Positions 23,085 through 32,676 are shown, counted from the first letter of the stretch. The stretch: DNA of 33,719 nucleotides from Bacillales bacterium (GCA_028723545.1 JAQYER010000119.1:1-33719), one strand, 5' to 3'. Translations and numbers: made by a program. Notes: a model not told the origin generated them from the sequence alone.

Positions 23085-23642
23085 TTACGCTAAATCGTTT
23101 TCTGCCTCTAAGACACCATATCCACCATCATCACGGCGATATACAACAGCGATTTTTCCATCTTCGTCATCAAGATACATATAGAAATCGTGATCGATTG
23201 CTTCCATTCTTGTGACTGCTTCATCAATGTTCATTGGTTCAAGGAAGACTGATTTAGTTCTTACAACTGTTTCTTCTTCCTCTGGTTCATCAACATATGG
23301 TTCAAAATTATCAATTGCGACCGCTTTACCTAAACCAATTTTTCCTGATTTTGAGCGATCCATTCTTGTTTTAAGTTTTCTCATTTGACCTTCGAGTTTG
23401 TCAATTGCGAGGTCAACACCAGCATATAGGTCATCATTTTTTACTTCTGCTCGGAAGTCCATTTGAGGAGTAAAGATTGTAACTTCAATTTTCGATCCTA
23501 CTTTGTAAGAGCGAACAACAACACGGCAAGTTACATCGTCGTTGATGACAAAATATTTGTCCATACGAGCAAGTTTCTTTTCAATAGAGGAGCGAATTCC
23601 GTCCGTGACTTCGATATTCTTCCCCAAGATTTGATATTTCAT
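23085..23642 (-). CDS. hpf: Ribosome hibernation promoting factor, long form
   Basis: MKYQILGKNIEVTDGIRSSIEKKLARMDKYF, plus the C-terminal dimerisation domain ...VVRTKSVFLEPMNIDEAVTRMEAIDHDFYMY. 185 aa. Confidence 0.9.
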   Translation of the reverse strand: MKYQILGKNIEVTDGIRSSIEKKLARMDKYFVINDDVTCRVVVRSYKVGSKIEVTIFTPQMDFRAEVKNDDLYAGVDLAIDKLEGQMRKLKTRMDRSKSGKIGLGKAVAIDNFEPYVDEPEEEETVVRTKSVFLEPMNIDEAVTRMEAIDHDFYMYLDDEDGKIAVVYRRDDGGYGVLEAENDLA

Positions 23643-23745
23643 AGAATATCCTCCTTCGATAGTAAATGTAGATTGATCTACACTTATATTATCTCATTTT
23701 TTTCTTAAATTTTCTTGTTATAAAAAAATACATTTTTTAAGCATA

Positions 23746-23772
23746 TAAAAAGTCCACCATATTTAGTGGACT
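23746..23772 (-). terminator. metK terminator
   Basis: AGTCCAC (23751-23757) pairs with GTGGACT (23766-23772). On the minus strand it is followed by TTTTTATAT. Confidence 0.65.
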
Positions 23773-23781
23773 TAATAAATA

Positions 23782-24948
23782 TTAATCTAATAATTTTTTA
23801 ATATCTTCAACCTTATCAAGTTTCTCCCAAGGAATATTTTGATCTGGTCTTCCAAGATGGCCATAATTACAAATTTCATGGTATTTGAATGTTGGCTTAC
23901 GAAGCGATAAATGTTCAATGATTTTTCCTGGTCTTAAATCAAAGATTTGATTAATGATTGATAAAATTTGTTCATCGGAATAATGAGATGTTCCAAATGT
24001 TGATATTCCAAGAGAAACTGGTTCAGAAACTCCAATTGCATATCCTAATTGAATTTCAAGTCGGTCAGCAACTCCTGCCGCGACTAAGTTTTTTGCAATA
24101 TATCTTGCCATATATGCGGCTGAACGATCAACTTTGGTTGGGTCTTTTCCAGAGAAGGCTCCACCACCATGACGAGACGCTCCACCATAAGTATCAACAA
24201 TAATTTTTCTACCAGTTAATCCAGTATCTCCCATTGGTCCACCAATAACAAAACTTCCAGTAGGATTAATTAATAATTGAAAATCTTCATTTAAGGAAAA
24301 AGATCTAACAACTGGTAAAATAACATCTTCTTTAACGTATTTTTTAAATTCATCCATGTTAATATCTGGATCATGTTGAATTGACATTAAAACAGTTACT
24401 AGACGAGGAGATTTATTATCTTCATAATCAATTGTCACTTGTGATTTCATATCTGGACGAGCATGAACGAATTTTCCTTCTTTTCTTAATTTAGTTGCCA
24501 CTCTAACTAATTTATGGGCTAAAGAAATAGCAAGAGGCATATAGCCTTCTGTTTCGTTTGATGCATAGCCAAACATAATTCCTTGATCACCTGCACCAAT
24601 TTTTGTTGAATCATTATTTTCAACTCCCATCGCGATATCAGGAGATTGAGTTTTAATTTTTACATCAACTTTGACAGTATCAGCATTAAAACCATATTCT
24701 GGCTTTGTATAGCCAATGTCACGAATTACTTCTCTTGCAATTTGATCATAATTAACATGTGCTTTTGTGGTAATTTCTCCACCAATCAAGCAATAATCAG
24801 TCGTAACAAATGTTTCACAAGCAACATGTGACATTGGGTCTTGTTCTAAACAAGCATCGAGAATTGCATCACTAATTTGATCAGCAACTTTGTCTGGATG
24901 TCCTTCTGATACAGATTCACTAGTAAATAGATTTAATTGTTTTTTCAT
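23782..24948 (-). CDS. metK: S-adenosylmethionine synthase
   Basis: LFTSESVSEGHPDKVADQISD, GAGDQGIMFGYA and GGGAFSGKDPTKVDRS. GGAGG lies 11 nt before the ATG at 24948. Confidence 0.95.
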   Translation of the reverse strand: MKKQLNLFTSESVSEGHPDKVADQISDAILDACLEQDPMSHVACETFVTTDYCLIGGEITTKAHVNYDQIAREVIRDIGYTKPEYGFNADTVKVDVKIKTQSPDIAMGVENNDSTKIGAGDQGIMFGYASNETEGYMPLAISLAHKLVRVATKLRKEGKFVHARPDMKSQVTIDYEDNKSPRLVTVLMSIQHDPDINMDEFKKYVKEDVILPVVRSFSLNEDFQLLINPTGSFVIGGPMGDTGLTGRKIIVDTYGGASRHGGGAFSGKDPTKVDRSAAYMARYIAKNLVAAGVADRLEIQLGYAIGVSEPVSLGISTFGTSHYSDEQILSIINQIFDLRPGKIIEHLSLRKPTFKYHEICNYGHLGRPDQNIPWEKLDKVEDIKKLLD

Positions 24949-24967
24949 TTTAAAGATAACCTCCAAT

Positions 24968-25125
24968 AAAAAATGGCCCCCACCCTTTGTGGAAAGCCAT
25001 TATCATTTTGGTTTTTCCTTTCTTATCGCTCGAAGGGGGTGGTCCTTCGCTAAGGAGAGCACTTACTAAATATTTAGAGTTGCTACCGCTTTTTTTCATC
25101 CTTATTAAGCGGTTCTTGATAAGAA
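24968..25125 (-). promoter_or_regulatory. SAM riboswitch (S-box/SAM-I-like aptamer 25020-25125 plus terminator 24968-25000)
   Basis: The minus-strand RNA reads UUCUUAUCAAGAA...GGAUGAA...GCAAC...AAGUGCU...GAUAAGAA. These are the P1 strands, a kink-turn-like GA, and the GCAAC and GUGC junctions. It continues AUGGCUUUCCAC-AAAGG-GUGGGGGCCAU plus U6. CCACCCCC in the aptamer 3' part can pair with GGGUGGGGG as an antiterminator. Confidence 0.75.
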
Positions 25126-25170
25126 CTGTAGATATATCTTAATAATAAGATAATGTTAAGTCAAATAAAA

Positions 25171-25425
25171 TTATATTGATTTTAATGCTTTAGCGATTTG
25201 GTCAGGGCAAGATGTTTCTCTTGTTCGACTTCCACGGCATTTAATTCCTTCTAATTTCGCTATTACTTCGTCTTTATTCATTCCTTTAACCAAAGATGAA
25301 ATACCTTGAAGATTGCCATGGCATCCGCCTAAAATTTTTAAATCAGTAACGACGTTATTATCATCGACAGTAATTTCAAATAATTGTGAACAGACGTTTA
25401 CTGGTTTATATTGAAATGTTTTCAT
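25171..25425 (-). CDS. TSCPD-domain protein (TIGR03905-like, about 84 aa)
   Basis: ...GGCHGNLQGISSLVKGM...GIKCRGSRTRETSCPDQIAKAL contains the eponymous TSCPD motif and conserved Cys residues. Confidence 0.75.
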   Translation of the reverse strand: MKTFQYKPVNVCSQLFEITVDDNNVVTDLKILGGCHGNLQGISSLVKGMNKDEVIAKLEGIKCRGSRTRETSCPDQIAKALKSI

Positions 25426-25997
25426 TATTTAACGATATCCCCGTAAACAACACCAGCACAGCAACCAGCATTGCATTCATCAGTATCAATATGCATTGCA
25501 AGAGCGTATTTTTCACTTACTCTAACAACTGTATCACCAAAGACGATATCACGTCCGGCATTAGTGTTAACATGAACAGAAACAATATCACCATTTTTAA
25601 CACCAAATTCTTCAGCATCACTTGGTGTCATATGAATATGACGTTTAGCAATAATTACTCCTTCTTCTAATGTAACTTCACCACATGGACCAACTAATTT
25701 ACATGGAGCGCTTCCTTTAACATCACCAGATTCTCTAACTGGAGCGACAATGCCGACTGTACGAGCATCAGTAAATGATAATTCAACTTGGTTAAGAGTG
25801 CGGCATGGACCTAAAATTGAGCAATTTAATTCTCCTTTTGGACCAACAACTTTAACTTTTTGATTTGAAGCGAATTGTCCAGGTTGTGAAAGCATTTTCT
25901 TTACTTCTAATTCAGCGCCTTCACCAAATAATGCGTGAAGAACTTCTTCTGTAACGTGAACGTGACGAGCACTTGTTTCAACTAAAATTTGTTTCAT
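25425..25997 (-). CDS. pduL: PduL-type phosphate acyltransferase (propanoyl/acetyl)
   Basis: Two PduL half-repeats: ETSARHVHVTEEVLHALFG and AKRHIHMTPSDAEEFGV. 190 aa. Its stop overlaps the TSCPD gene start by 1 nt. Confidence 0.85.
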   Translation of the reverse strand: MKQILVETSARHVHVTEEVLHALFGEGAELEVKKMLSQPGQFASNQKVKVVGPKGELNCSILGPCRTLNQVELSFTDARTVGIVAPVRESGDVKGSAPCKLVGPCGEVTLEEGVIIAKRHIHMTPSDAEEFGVKNGDIVSVHVNTNAGRDIVFGDTVVRVSEKYALAMHIDTDECNAGCCAGVVYGDIVK

Positions 25998-26131
25998 TTT
26001 TGTGTTTTTCTCCTTTAAAACGTGAATATTATAACATTGAATTGTTTAATATCATTAAAAAATGCTTTTTTTCTTTTAATTAATTTTACATAAAGTTAAA
26101 ATACGTTTAGTAATTGGAAGGAGGAACGTTT

Positions 26132-27583
26132 ATGGATGAAAATAACAAAGAAGAAGTTTTAACACCTGAACGATTAGAATATTTAATTGATAACAAAAAA
26201 GTTAAGATGATTCGAGAAATATTCGAAACTGTTCCTGCTTTAGATATTGCTGAAGTCGCTAACGAGATTGAAGATGTAAAAAAATTAGTTTTCCTTTTTA
26301 AAGTTGTTAAAAGTGAATATACAGCGGATTTTTATACTGAATTAAGTTCCGACACTAAAGAAAATTTAATTAAAACAATGTCCGATGACCAATTAGTGGA
26401 TCTTTTAGAAGACCAATTCACTGATGATATTGTCGATGATATTGAAGATTTACCAGCTAATTTAGTTTATCGTGTATTAAAAAACGTCAGTAAAGAAAAA
26501 AGAAAAGATATTAATCGTTTATTGAATTATCAAGAAAACACAGCTGGTTCAATTATGACTGTTGAATTTCTTGGTTTAAATCAAAATCTTGACCGTGAGC
26601 ATGCTTTATCAAGAATTCGTTCAATTGGTCGTAACAAAGAAACAGTTTTAACGACTTTCGTATTTGATAATCAACGAAAAATGGTTGGTACATTAAATCT
26701 TGATGATTTAATATTTGCTCGTGATGGAGAACTTGTTTCAGACATTATGAATCAAGACTTTGTCACTGTTGGTGTAAATACCGACCAAGAAGAAGTCGCT
26801 CAAATGTTTAAAGACTATGACTTAAATGCCATCGCGGTATTAAATGATGATGAACGCTTAGTTGGAATTATTACTATTGACGATATCGTCGACGTTATCG
26901 AAGAAGAAGCTACCGAAGATATGTCTAAGCTCGCTGGTGTTACCCCACTTGACAATTCATATCTTGAAACATCGGTTTTTAAGATGGCACTTAAATGCGC
27001 GCCATGGCTAATATGTTTATTAGTGTTAGGCACATTTTCTTCAATGATTTTAAATAAATTCGAGCATGCTTTATCTTGTTTACCAATTCTTGTTCCATTC
27101 GTTACAGTATTAATGGATACTGGAGGAAATGCTGGTGGACAAACAACTACATTAATGGTCCGCGGTCTTGCTGTTCAAGAATTTACTCCAAAAGATTATT
27201 TTAAAATTGTTTGGAAAGAACTTAGAGTAGCGGTTGTTACTGGATTAATGGTTTGTTTCTTTGCTTGTTTGTGGTTTATTGCAGAAATGTATTTAAACAT
27301 TATTGAATTCGATGGATCAATCTTGAATAGTGAAGCCCTAACTGGATTCCCACTGTTCTTAGCAAGATTTAAAGTAGCGGGATTAGTTTCTCTTACTTTA
27401 TTCTTGGGAATTATTGTTGCTAAATTTGTTGGTACATCATTACCAATGCTTGTCGCATCATTAAAGAAAGACCCAGCATTAATTTCATCACCATTTGTCA
27501 CAACAATTGTCGATGTTTGTTCATTATTAATTTATTTAGGATTTGCTTATTTAATTTTTGGTGAATTCCTTGGTGCGTTATAA
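26132..27583 (+). CDS. mgtE: Magnesium transporter MgtE
   Basis: MgtE N-domain, tandem CBS region (...VGIITIDDIVDVIEEEATEDM) and five C-terminal TM helices with the GNAGGQ motif. GGAGGA lies 7 nt before the ATG at 26132. Confidence 0.9.
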   Translation: MDENNKEEVLTPERLEYLIDNKKVKMIREIFETVPALDIAEVANEIEDVKKLVFLFKVVKSEYTADFYTELSSDTKENLIKTMSDDQLVDLLEDQFTDDIVDDIEDLPANLVYRVLKNVSKEKRKDINRLLNYQENTAGSIMTVEFLGLNQNLDREHALSRIRSIGRNKETVLTTFVFDNQRKMVGTLNLDDLIFARDGELVSDIMNQDFVTVGVNTDQEEVAQMFKDYDLNAIAVLNDDERLVGIITIDDIVDVIEEEATEDMSKLAGVTPLDNSYLETSVFKMALKCAPWLICLLVLGTFSSMILNKFEHALSCLPILVPFVTVLMDTGGNAGGQTTTLMVRGLAVQEFTPKDYFKIVWKELRVAVVTGLMVCFFACLWFIAEMYLNIIEFDGSILNSEALTGFPLFLARFKVAGLVSLTLFLGIIVAKFVGTSLPMLVASLKKDPALISSPFVTTIVDVCSLLIYLGFAYLIFGEFLGAL

Positions 27584-27683
27584 AAATTTGTCCTTTTATC
27601 TATCTTTTGATAAATAATCTTATCTATATAAAAATATTGCTTGTTAATAATTTTCGAAAAGTGTATATTAATATAGCATTTGT

Positions 27684-27768
27684 GCACTGGTGGCGGAACT
27701 GGTAGACGCGTACGTTTGAGGGGCGTATGGGGAGACCCGTGTGAGTTCGATTCTCATCCGGTGCACCA
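27684..27768 (+). tRNA. tRNA-Leu (anticodon GAG), type II, CCA encoded
   Basis: Acceptor GCACTGG/CCGGTGC (one G-U), anticodon loop TTGAGGG, variable arm TGGGGAGACCCGT and TTCGATT T-loop. Confidence 0.9.
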
Positions 27769-27781
27769 TTTTATTTAAAAT

Positions 27782-27818
27782 GGGGTGTTAAGTGAATAAA
27801 AATCTTAACACCCTTTTT
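27782..27818 (+). terminator. tRNA-Leu terminator
   Basis: GGGTGTTAAG pairs with CTTAACACCC (perfect 10 bp), followed by T5. Confidence 0.7.
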
Positions 27819-28010
27819 AATTACAATTTTTCAAAAACAACTATACTCTTAAGAAGTATATCTATCAAAAGCAAAAACATAAATTATTGTAGCGAATAAG
27901 CGATAGTAATTATAGCCTGGCCTTCTTCCAAGTCTAGATTTATTTTTGATGTATACTTTGCAAACTGGTAAAATTAATTTTCATCTTTTATAAAAATAAG
28001 GAAAGAAAAA

Positions 28011-28517
28011 ATGTTAATAATACCGATAATCCAAAATGATTTTCAAGGCAAGGTTGACTATACAAGACACGCATGTCGAGCAATTATTATTAACAAAGGA
28101 AAAATTCTTCTTTCATACGAATCTAAAAATGATAAATATTTAATTCCTGGTGGAGGAATCGAAGAAAACGAATCATTAATTGATTGCTGTAAAAGAGAAG
28201 TATTAGAAGAAACTGGATTAATTATTAGACCAATTGAAGAATATTTAACAATTAAAGAATATTTTTATTGGAATAAAAATTGGGAACACATTCAGCATTA
28301 TTTCATTTGTGAAATCGAAGAAGATACTGGAAAAATTAGTTTAACTGAAACCGAAAGAAAATCTGGAACAACAATTAAATGGGTTGATATTAATGAAGCA
28401 ATATCAATTTTTAGTACGTATAAACACTATGAAGAAATAGATAAAGCGTTGTATGGTTTATATCAAAGAGAATTAATTGCAATTCAAGAATATATAAAAA
28501 TTAATAGAAATAATTAA
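28011..28517 (+). CDS. NUDIX hydrolase
   Basis: Nudix box GGGIEENESLIDCCKREVLEETGL. Confidence 0.8.
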   Translation: MLIIPIIQNDFQGKVDYTRHACRAIIINKGKILLSYESKNDKYLIPGGGIEENESLIDCCKREVLEETGLIIRPIEEYLTIKEYFYWNKNWEHIQHYFICEIEEDTGKISLTETERKSGTTIKWVDINEAISIFSTYKHYEEIDKALYGLYQRELIAIQEYIKINRNN

Positions 28518-28617
28518 TTAATAAACTATGTCCAATTTAATAAATTACAATTGACAAATATATTGATTATTATTATTTTCAATAAATGAAATTAATTTAT
28601 AGAATCGAGGCAAATAT

Positions 28618-29394
28618 ATGATTAAAATTACTCTTATCACAGGAGCGACTTCCGGACTTGGTAAATCGCTAGCGAAAAAATATGTTGAAAATAACGAAAA
28701 CGTCCTATTAGTTGGAAGAAATATTGATAAATTAAAATCAGTAAAAGATGAATTATCAAACATTAATAAAAATGTTTTAATTGATATTTTCGCTGTTGAT
28801 TTAAGTGATAATTCACGACTCCATGAAATTAAAGAATATACTGATTCAAAGCAATATTTTGTTAATAATTTAGTGAATAATGCTGGATTTGGTGAAAGAA
28901 AAGACTTTGTTGATATGGATCCAGAAACACAAGTACAAATGACAAATGTTTGTTGTAATGCCGTAGTTTATTTATTAAATGTATATATTAAAGATATGCT
29001 AAAAAATGATGAAGGACATATTATTAATGTCGCTTCTATTGCTGGACTTGTTCCGGGTCCATATATGAGTACATATCACGCGGTTAAATCATATGTTGTT
29101 AGTTTAGGAGAAGCTGTTTCACACGAAATTCGTAAAACAAATGTTCATTTATTAACTCTTTGTCCTGGCCCATTTGATTCAGAATTCGTATCAAAAGCTC
29201 ACAATGACTATACATTCGCAAAACTGAAACCAATTAGCTCTGATGATGTAGCGAACATTGCTTATAATAAATCAATTAAAAATAAAAGATTTTATATTAT
29301 TGGAGCGAAAAATCGTTTCTTAATGTTCATCACTCGCTTTGTCAGCCGTAAATTCGCTGCAGCGTCCACTGCTAAAACAATTAAAAAAGAATAA
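28618..29394 (+). CDS. Short-chain dehydrogenase/reductase (SDR)
   Basis: TGATSGLGKSLA (the TGxxxGxG motif), NNAG and a catalytic YHAVK (YxxxK). Confidence 0.85.
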   Translation: MIKITLITGATSGLGKSLAKKYVENNENVLLVGRNIDKLKSVKDELSNINKNVLIDIFAVDLSDNSRLHEIKEYTDSKQYFVNNLVNNAGFGERKDFVDMDPETQVQMTNVCCNAVVYLLNVYIKDMLKNDEGHIINVASIAGLVPGPYMSTYHAVKSYVVSLGEAVSHEIRKTNVHLLTLCPGPFDSEFVSKAHNDYTFAKLKPISSDDVANIAYNKSIKNKRFYIIGAKNRFLMFITRFVSRKFAAASTAKTIKKE

Positions 29395-29400
29395 GAAATA

Positions 29401-29442
29401 AAGGGCAAAATATCGATTTTATCGGACTTTTGTCCTTTTTTT
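29401..29442 (+). terminator. Terminator after the SDR gene
   Basis: AAGGGCAAAA pairs with TTTTGTCCTT (one G-U), followed by T5. Confidence 0.65.
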
Positions 29443-29505
29443 GTTGTCAAAAATATTGAAAAACACTAAGCATTATATAATAATAATGCTAAGGAGGAAT
29501 TTGCT

Positions 29506-30348
29506 ATGCGAAAACCAATTATGGCCATCATGTATGACTTTGATAAAACTTTATGCACAACCGATATGCAAAATTATGGCTTTATCCCTGCTTTAGGGAT
29601 GACTCCAGAAGAATTTTGGAAGAAGACACAAGACTTCTCTAATGGAACTGGTGTAGAAAGAATTTTGTCATACATGTATATGATGATTAAACTCGGTAAA
29701 GAAAAGAATTTACCAATGACAAAAAAATGGTTCAATAAACTCGGAGAAAATATTGAATATTATCCTGGTGTATTAACTTGGTTTGATCGCATTAACAAAT
29801 ACGGAGAAAAAAACGGAGTAAAAATTGAGCATTATATTGTTAGCTCAGGAACAAAAGAAATTATTGAAGGAACTAAAATCGCAAAATATTTTAAAAAGAT
29901 TTATGGTTGTGAATTTTATTTTGGTCCAGGAGCGGAAGGCACACCACTATGGCCAAAATTAGCAATTAACTACACTCAAAAAACTCAATATTTCTTCCGC
30001 ATCTCAAAAGGTGTTATTAATCAAAGAGATGATAATCGTTTAAACGATGTTCAAGAAAAGAAAAGAATTCCACCAGAAAATATTGTTTATCTAGGTGATG
30101 GAATGACTGATATTCCTTGTATGGTATTAGTTAAGCAAAACGGCGGTAAATCTATCGCTATCTTTAATGATGATGGAAAAAGCATTAATCGTGCGAAATT
30201 AGCGAAGCGTGTTAATTATGCGTGCAAAGCTGATTATTCTTCCGATAGTGAATTAGAAAAAACCGTCAAATTAATTATTGATCACATTTCAGTTGAACAT
30301 TCTTTAAAAGAAAAAGAAGAAAAATTACGTAAATTGACATTAAAATAA
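29506..30348 (+). CDS. HAD-superfamily hydrolase-like protein
   Basis: MYDFDKTLCT (DxDxT motif I), VSSGT (motif II-like) and LGDGMTDIPCM (motif IV). AAGGAGG RBS. Confidence 0.6.
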   Translation: MRKPIMAIMYDFDKTLCTTDMQNYGFIPALGMTPEEFWKKTQDFSNGTGVERILSYMYMMIKLGKEKNLPMTKKWFNKLGENIEYYPGVLTWFDRINKYGEKNGVKIEHYIVSSGTKEIIEGTKIAKYFKKIYGCEFYFGPGAEGTPLWPKLAINYTQKTQYFFRISKGVINQRDDNRLNDVQEKKRIPPENIVYLGDGMTDIPCMVLVKQNGGKSIAIFNDDGKSINRAKLAKRVNYACKADYSSDSELEKTVKLIIDHISVEHSLKEKEEKLRKLTLK

Positions 30349-31022
30349 TGAATATTGCAATTATCTTATTTGGAGGAAATGGAACGCGTTTTGGTTATGA
30401 TTTACCAAAACAATTTTACAATTTAAAAAATCATCCTCTTTGTTATTATTCAATCAAATCTTTTAATGATTGTTCAAAAATTGATTCGATTGCGCTTGTT
30501 ATTGATAATAAATATTTAAATGAATATAAATCAATATGTGATCAATATCATTTCAACAAAGTTAAATATTATATTTCTGGTGGCGATAACCGTCAAAAAA
30601 GTTCATTTAATGGTTTGACATATTTAAAAGAATTTCTTAATAAAGATGACAATGTATTAATTCATGATGGTGACCGCTTAATTGTTGATGAACAAATAAT
30701 TATTAATAACATTGAACAATTAAATAATTATAATGGAGTTGTCACTGCGATTAAAAGCGAAGATACAATTGCGATAGGAAATAATAAAATAGAAAAATAT
30801 TTACCTCGTGAAAAAATATTTCGAATTCAAACACCACAAAGCTTTAAATATGGTGTAATATTATGTGCGCATCAGAAATATCAAAATGAATTATTTACTG
30901 ATGATGCTTCAATGATTATTAAAGACAATATAGATATTGGTATTGTTGAAGGTAATAAAAAATTAACAAAAATTACAACAAAAGAAGATATTGATTTTAT
31001 TAAGGATTATTTATATGAATAA
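30348..31022 (+). CDS. IspD/TarI-family cytidylyltransferase
   Basis: AIILFGGNGTRFGYDLPKQF matches the IspD/TarI N-terminal signature. 224 aa. A TAATG overlap couples it to the HAD gene. Confidence 0.7.
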   Translation: MNIAIILFGGNGTRFGYDLPKQFYNLKNHPLCYYSIKSFNDCSKIDSIALVIDNKYLNEYKSICDQYHFNKVKYYISGGDNRQKSSFNGLTYLKEFLNKDDNVLIHDGDRLIVDEQIIINNIEQLNNYNGVVTAIKSEDTIAIGNNKIEKYLPREKIFRIQTPQSFKYGVILCAHQKYQNELFTDDASMIIKDNIDIGIVEGNKKLTKITTKEDIDFIKDYLYE

Positions 31023-31386
31023 ATATCAAGTAAACGACATTATTGAAGGAACAGTTATTGAAATTAAGTCTTATGGGGCAATTCTTCTTTTTGATGGCGA
31101 AATAAAAGGATTATTACATATATCTGAAATTGCTAATTCATACATTCCTAATATTCGTAAATTTTTGTCTATTGGTTGCATTTACCAAGTAAAAGTTTTA
31201 AGTGTTGAAAATAATGGTTTCCTTCGCGTTTCCATTGCAAAAATAAGCGAAGAAGAAAGAAAAAAGATTCATTCTCCAGAAGCAAAGAAAAGAACACCGG
31301 TGAAAGAAGAAGATATTGATTTTTCACCAATAAAAGAAAAAATGCCAATCTGGATTAAAGAATTTAAGGAGAAACACAATGATTAA
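31015..31386 (+). CDS. S1 RNA-binding domain protein (YugI / general-stress-protein-13-like)
   Basis: VNDIIEGTVIEIKSYGAILLFDGEIKGLLHISEIANSYI...VKVLSVE is an S1 fold. The ATG at 31015 overlaps the upstream stop. Confidence 0.75.
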   Translation: MNKYQVNDIIEGTVIEIKSYGAILLFDGEIKGLLHISEIANSYIPNIRKFLSIGCIYQVKVLSVENNGFLRVSIAKISEEERKKIHSPEAKKRTPVKEEDIDFSPIKEKMPIWIKEFKEKHND

Positions 31387-32659
31387 ATTAGACGCGACAC
31401 ATTTAAATGCTGATATTGATTTTAAATCTTATCAAAGCAAAGTAAGCAAAATTAATGACATGATTGTCAACCGTAATGGTCCAGGCAACGATTATCTTGG
31501 ATGGTATAAATATCCAGAAACATATAATAAAGAAGAAGCTGAACAAATTAAAAAATACGCTGAATACGTTAGAAACAATTTCGAAGTATTAGTTGTATGT
31601 GGAATCGGCGGATCATATTTAGGCGCAAGAGCGGCCATTGAAGCAATCAATGGATTAAGACAAGATAATGGTTTAGAAATTATTTTCTTAGGCCAAACAT
31701 TCTCTACTGATTATGTTTATGATGTTTTGAATTACATTAAAGATAAGAAATTTGCGATTAATGTTATTTCAAAAAGCGGAACAACAACTGAAACCGCTAT
31801 CGCATTCCGCCTTGTAAAACAATTATTAGAAGAAAAAGTTGGAAAAGAAGAAGCTAGAAAAGCAATATTCGCAACAACTGATCCAGAAAAAGGAGCATTA
31901 AAACAATTATCTAATCAAGAAGGATATGTTACATTTGTTCTTCCTGGTGATGTTGGTGGAAGATATAGTGTCTTCACACCAGTCGGTTTATTCCCTTTAG
32001 CATGTGCAGGAATTAATATTGATGAATTAATGAAAGGCGCATATGATGCGATGACTGAATTTGATAATGATGATTTATCAACAAATACATGTTATCAATA
32101 CGCTGTTATTAGAGATTATTTCTATCGCCACAATAAACAAGTTGAAATGTTTGTTACATATGAACCACGTTTAGTTCAATTAGGTGAATGGTTCAAACAA
32201 TTATATGGTGAAAGCGAAGGAAAAGAACATAAAGGACTTCTTCCTGATTCTGCAACATTCTCAACTGATTTACATTCATTAGGACAATTTATTCAAGAAG
32301 GTTCTCCAGTCTTATTTGAAACATTATTTATTGTAAATAAACCAAATCATGAAATCATTATTCCTCACGATAATGATAATCTTGATGGATTAAATTATTT
32401 AGAAAACAAATCTTTAGCGTTCGTTAATGAAAAAGCTTATTTAGGAACTCTTGAAGCTCACACAAAAACTGGTGGAGTCCCTAATATCATTCTCGAAGTT
32501 GAAAAATTAGATACTTATACATTAGGATATTCATTCTATTTCTTCATGAAGGCTTGTGGAATGTCTGCTTATTTACTTGAAGTAAATCCATTTAACCAAC
32601 CAGGTGTTGAAGTATATAAAAAGAATATGTTCCATCTCCTTGGTAAAAAAGGTTATTAA
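31379..32659 (+). CDS. pgi: Glucose-6-phosphate isomerase (short Bacillus-type)
   Basis: VVCGIGGSYLGARA, ISKSGTTTET and GESEGK motifs. AAGGAG RBS. Confidence 0.95.
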   Translation: MIKLDATHLNADIDFKSYQSKVSKINDMIVNRNGPGNDYLGWYKYPETYNKEEAEQIKKYAEYVRNNFEVLVVCGIGGSYLGARAAIEAINGLRQDNGLEIIFLGQTFSTDYVYDVLNYIKDKKFAINVISKSGTTTETAIAFRLVKQLLEEKVGKEEARKAIFATTDPEKGALKQLSNQEGYVTFVLPGDVGGRYSVFTPVGLFPLACAGINIDELMKGAYDAMTEFDNDDLSTNTCYQYAVIRDYFYRHNKQVEMFVTYEPRLVQLGEWFKQLYGESEGKEHKGLLPDSATFSTDLHSLGQFIQEGSPVLFETLFIVNKPNHEIIIPHDNDNLDGLNYLENKSLAFVNEKAYLGTLEAHTKTGGVPNIILEVEKLDTYTLGYSFYFFMKACGMSAYLLEVNPFNQPGVEVYKKNMFHLLGKKGY

Positions 32660-32676
32660 TCTTACAAAATTCTTTA

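Noticed and set aside
25998-26131. M-box (Mg2+) riboswitch upstream of mgtE
   Set aside because: The gap is only 134 nt of almost pure A/T, with no conserved M-box helices or GC-rich stems visible.
27769-29400. A second tRNA-associated island downstream of tRNA-Leu (NUDIX + SDR)
   Set aside because: I could find no duplication of the tRNA-Leu 3' end or its terminator downstream, no mobility genes and no obvious compositional break. I treat this as ordinary chromosome, though comparative data could revise that.
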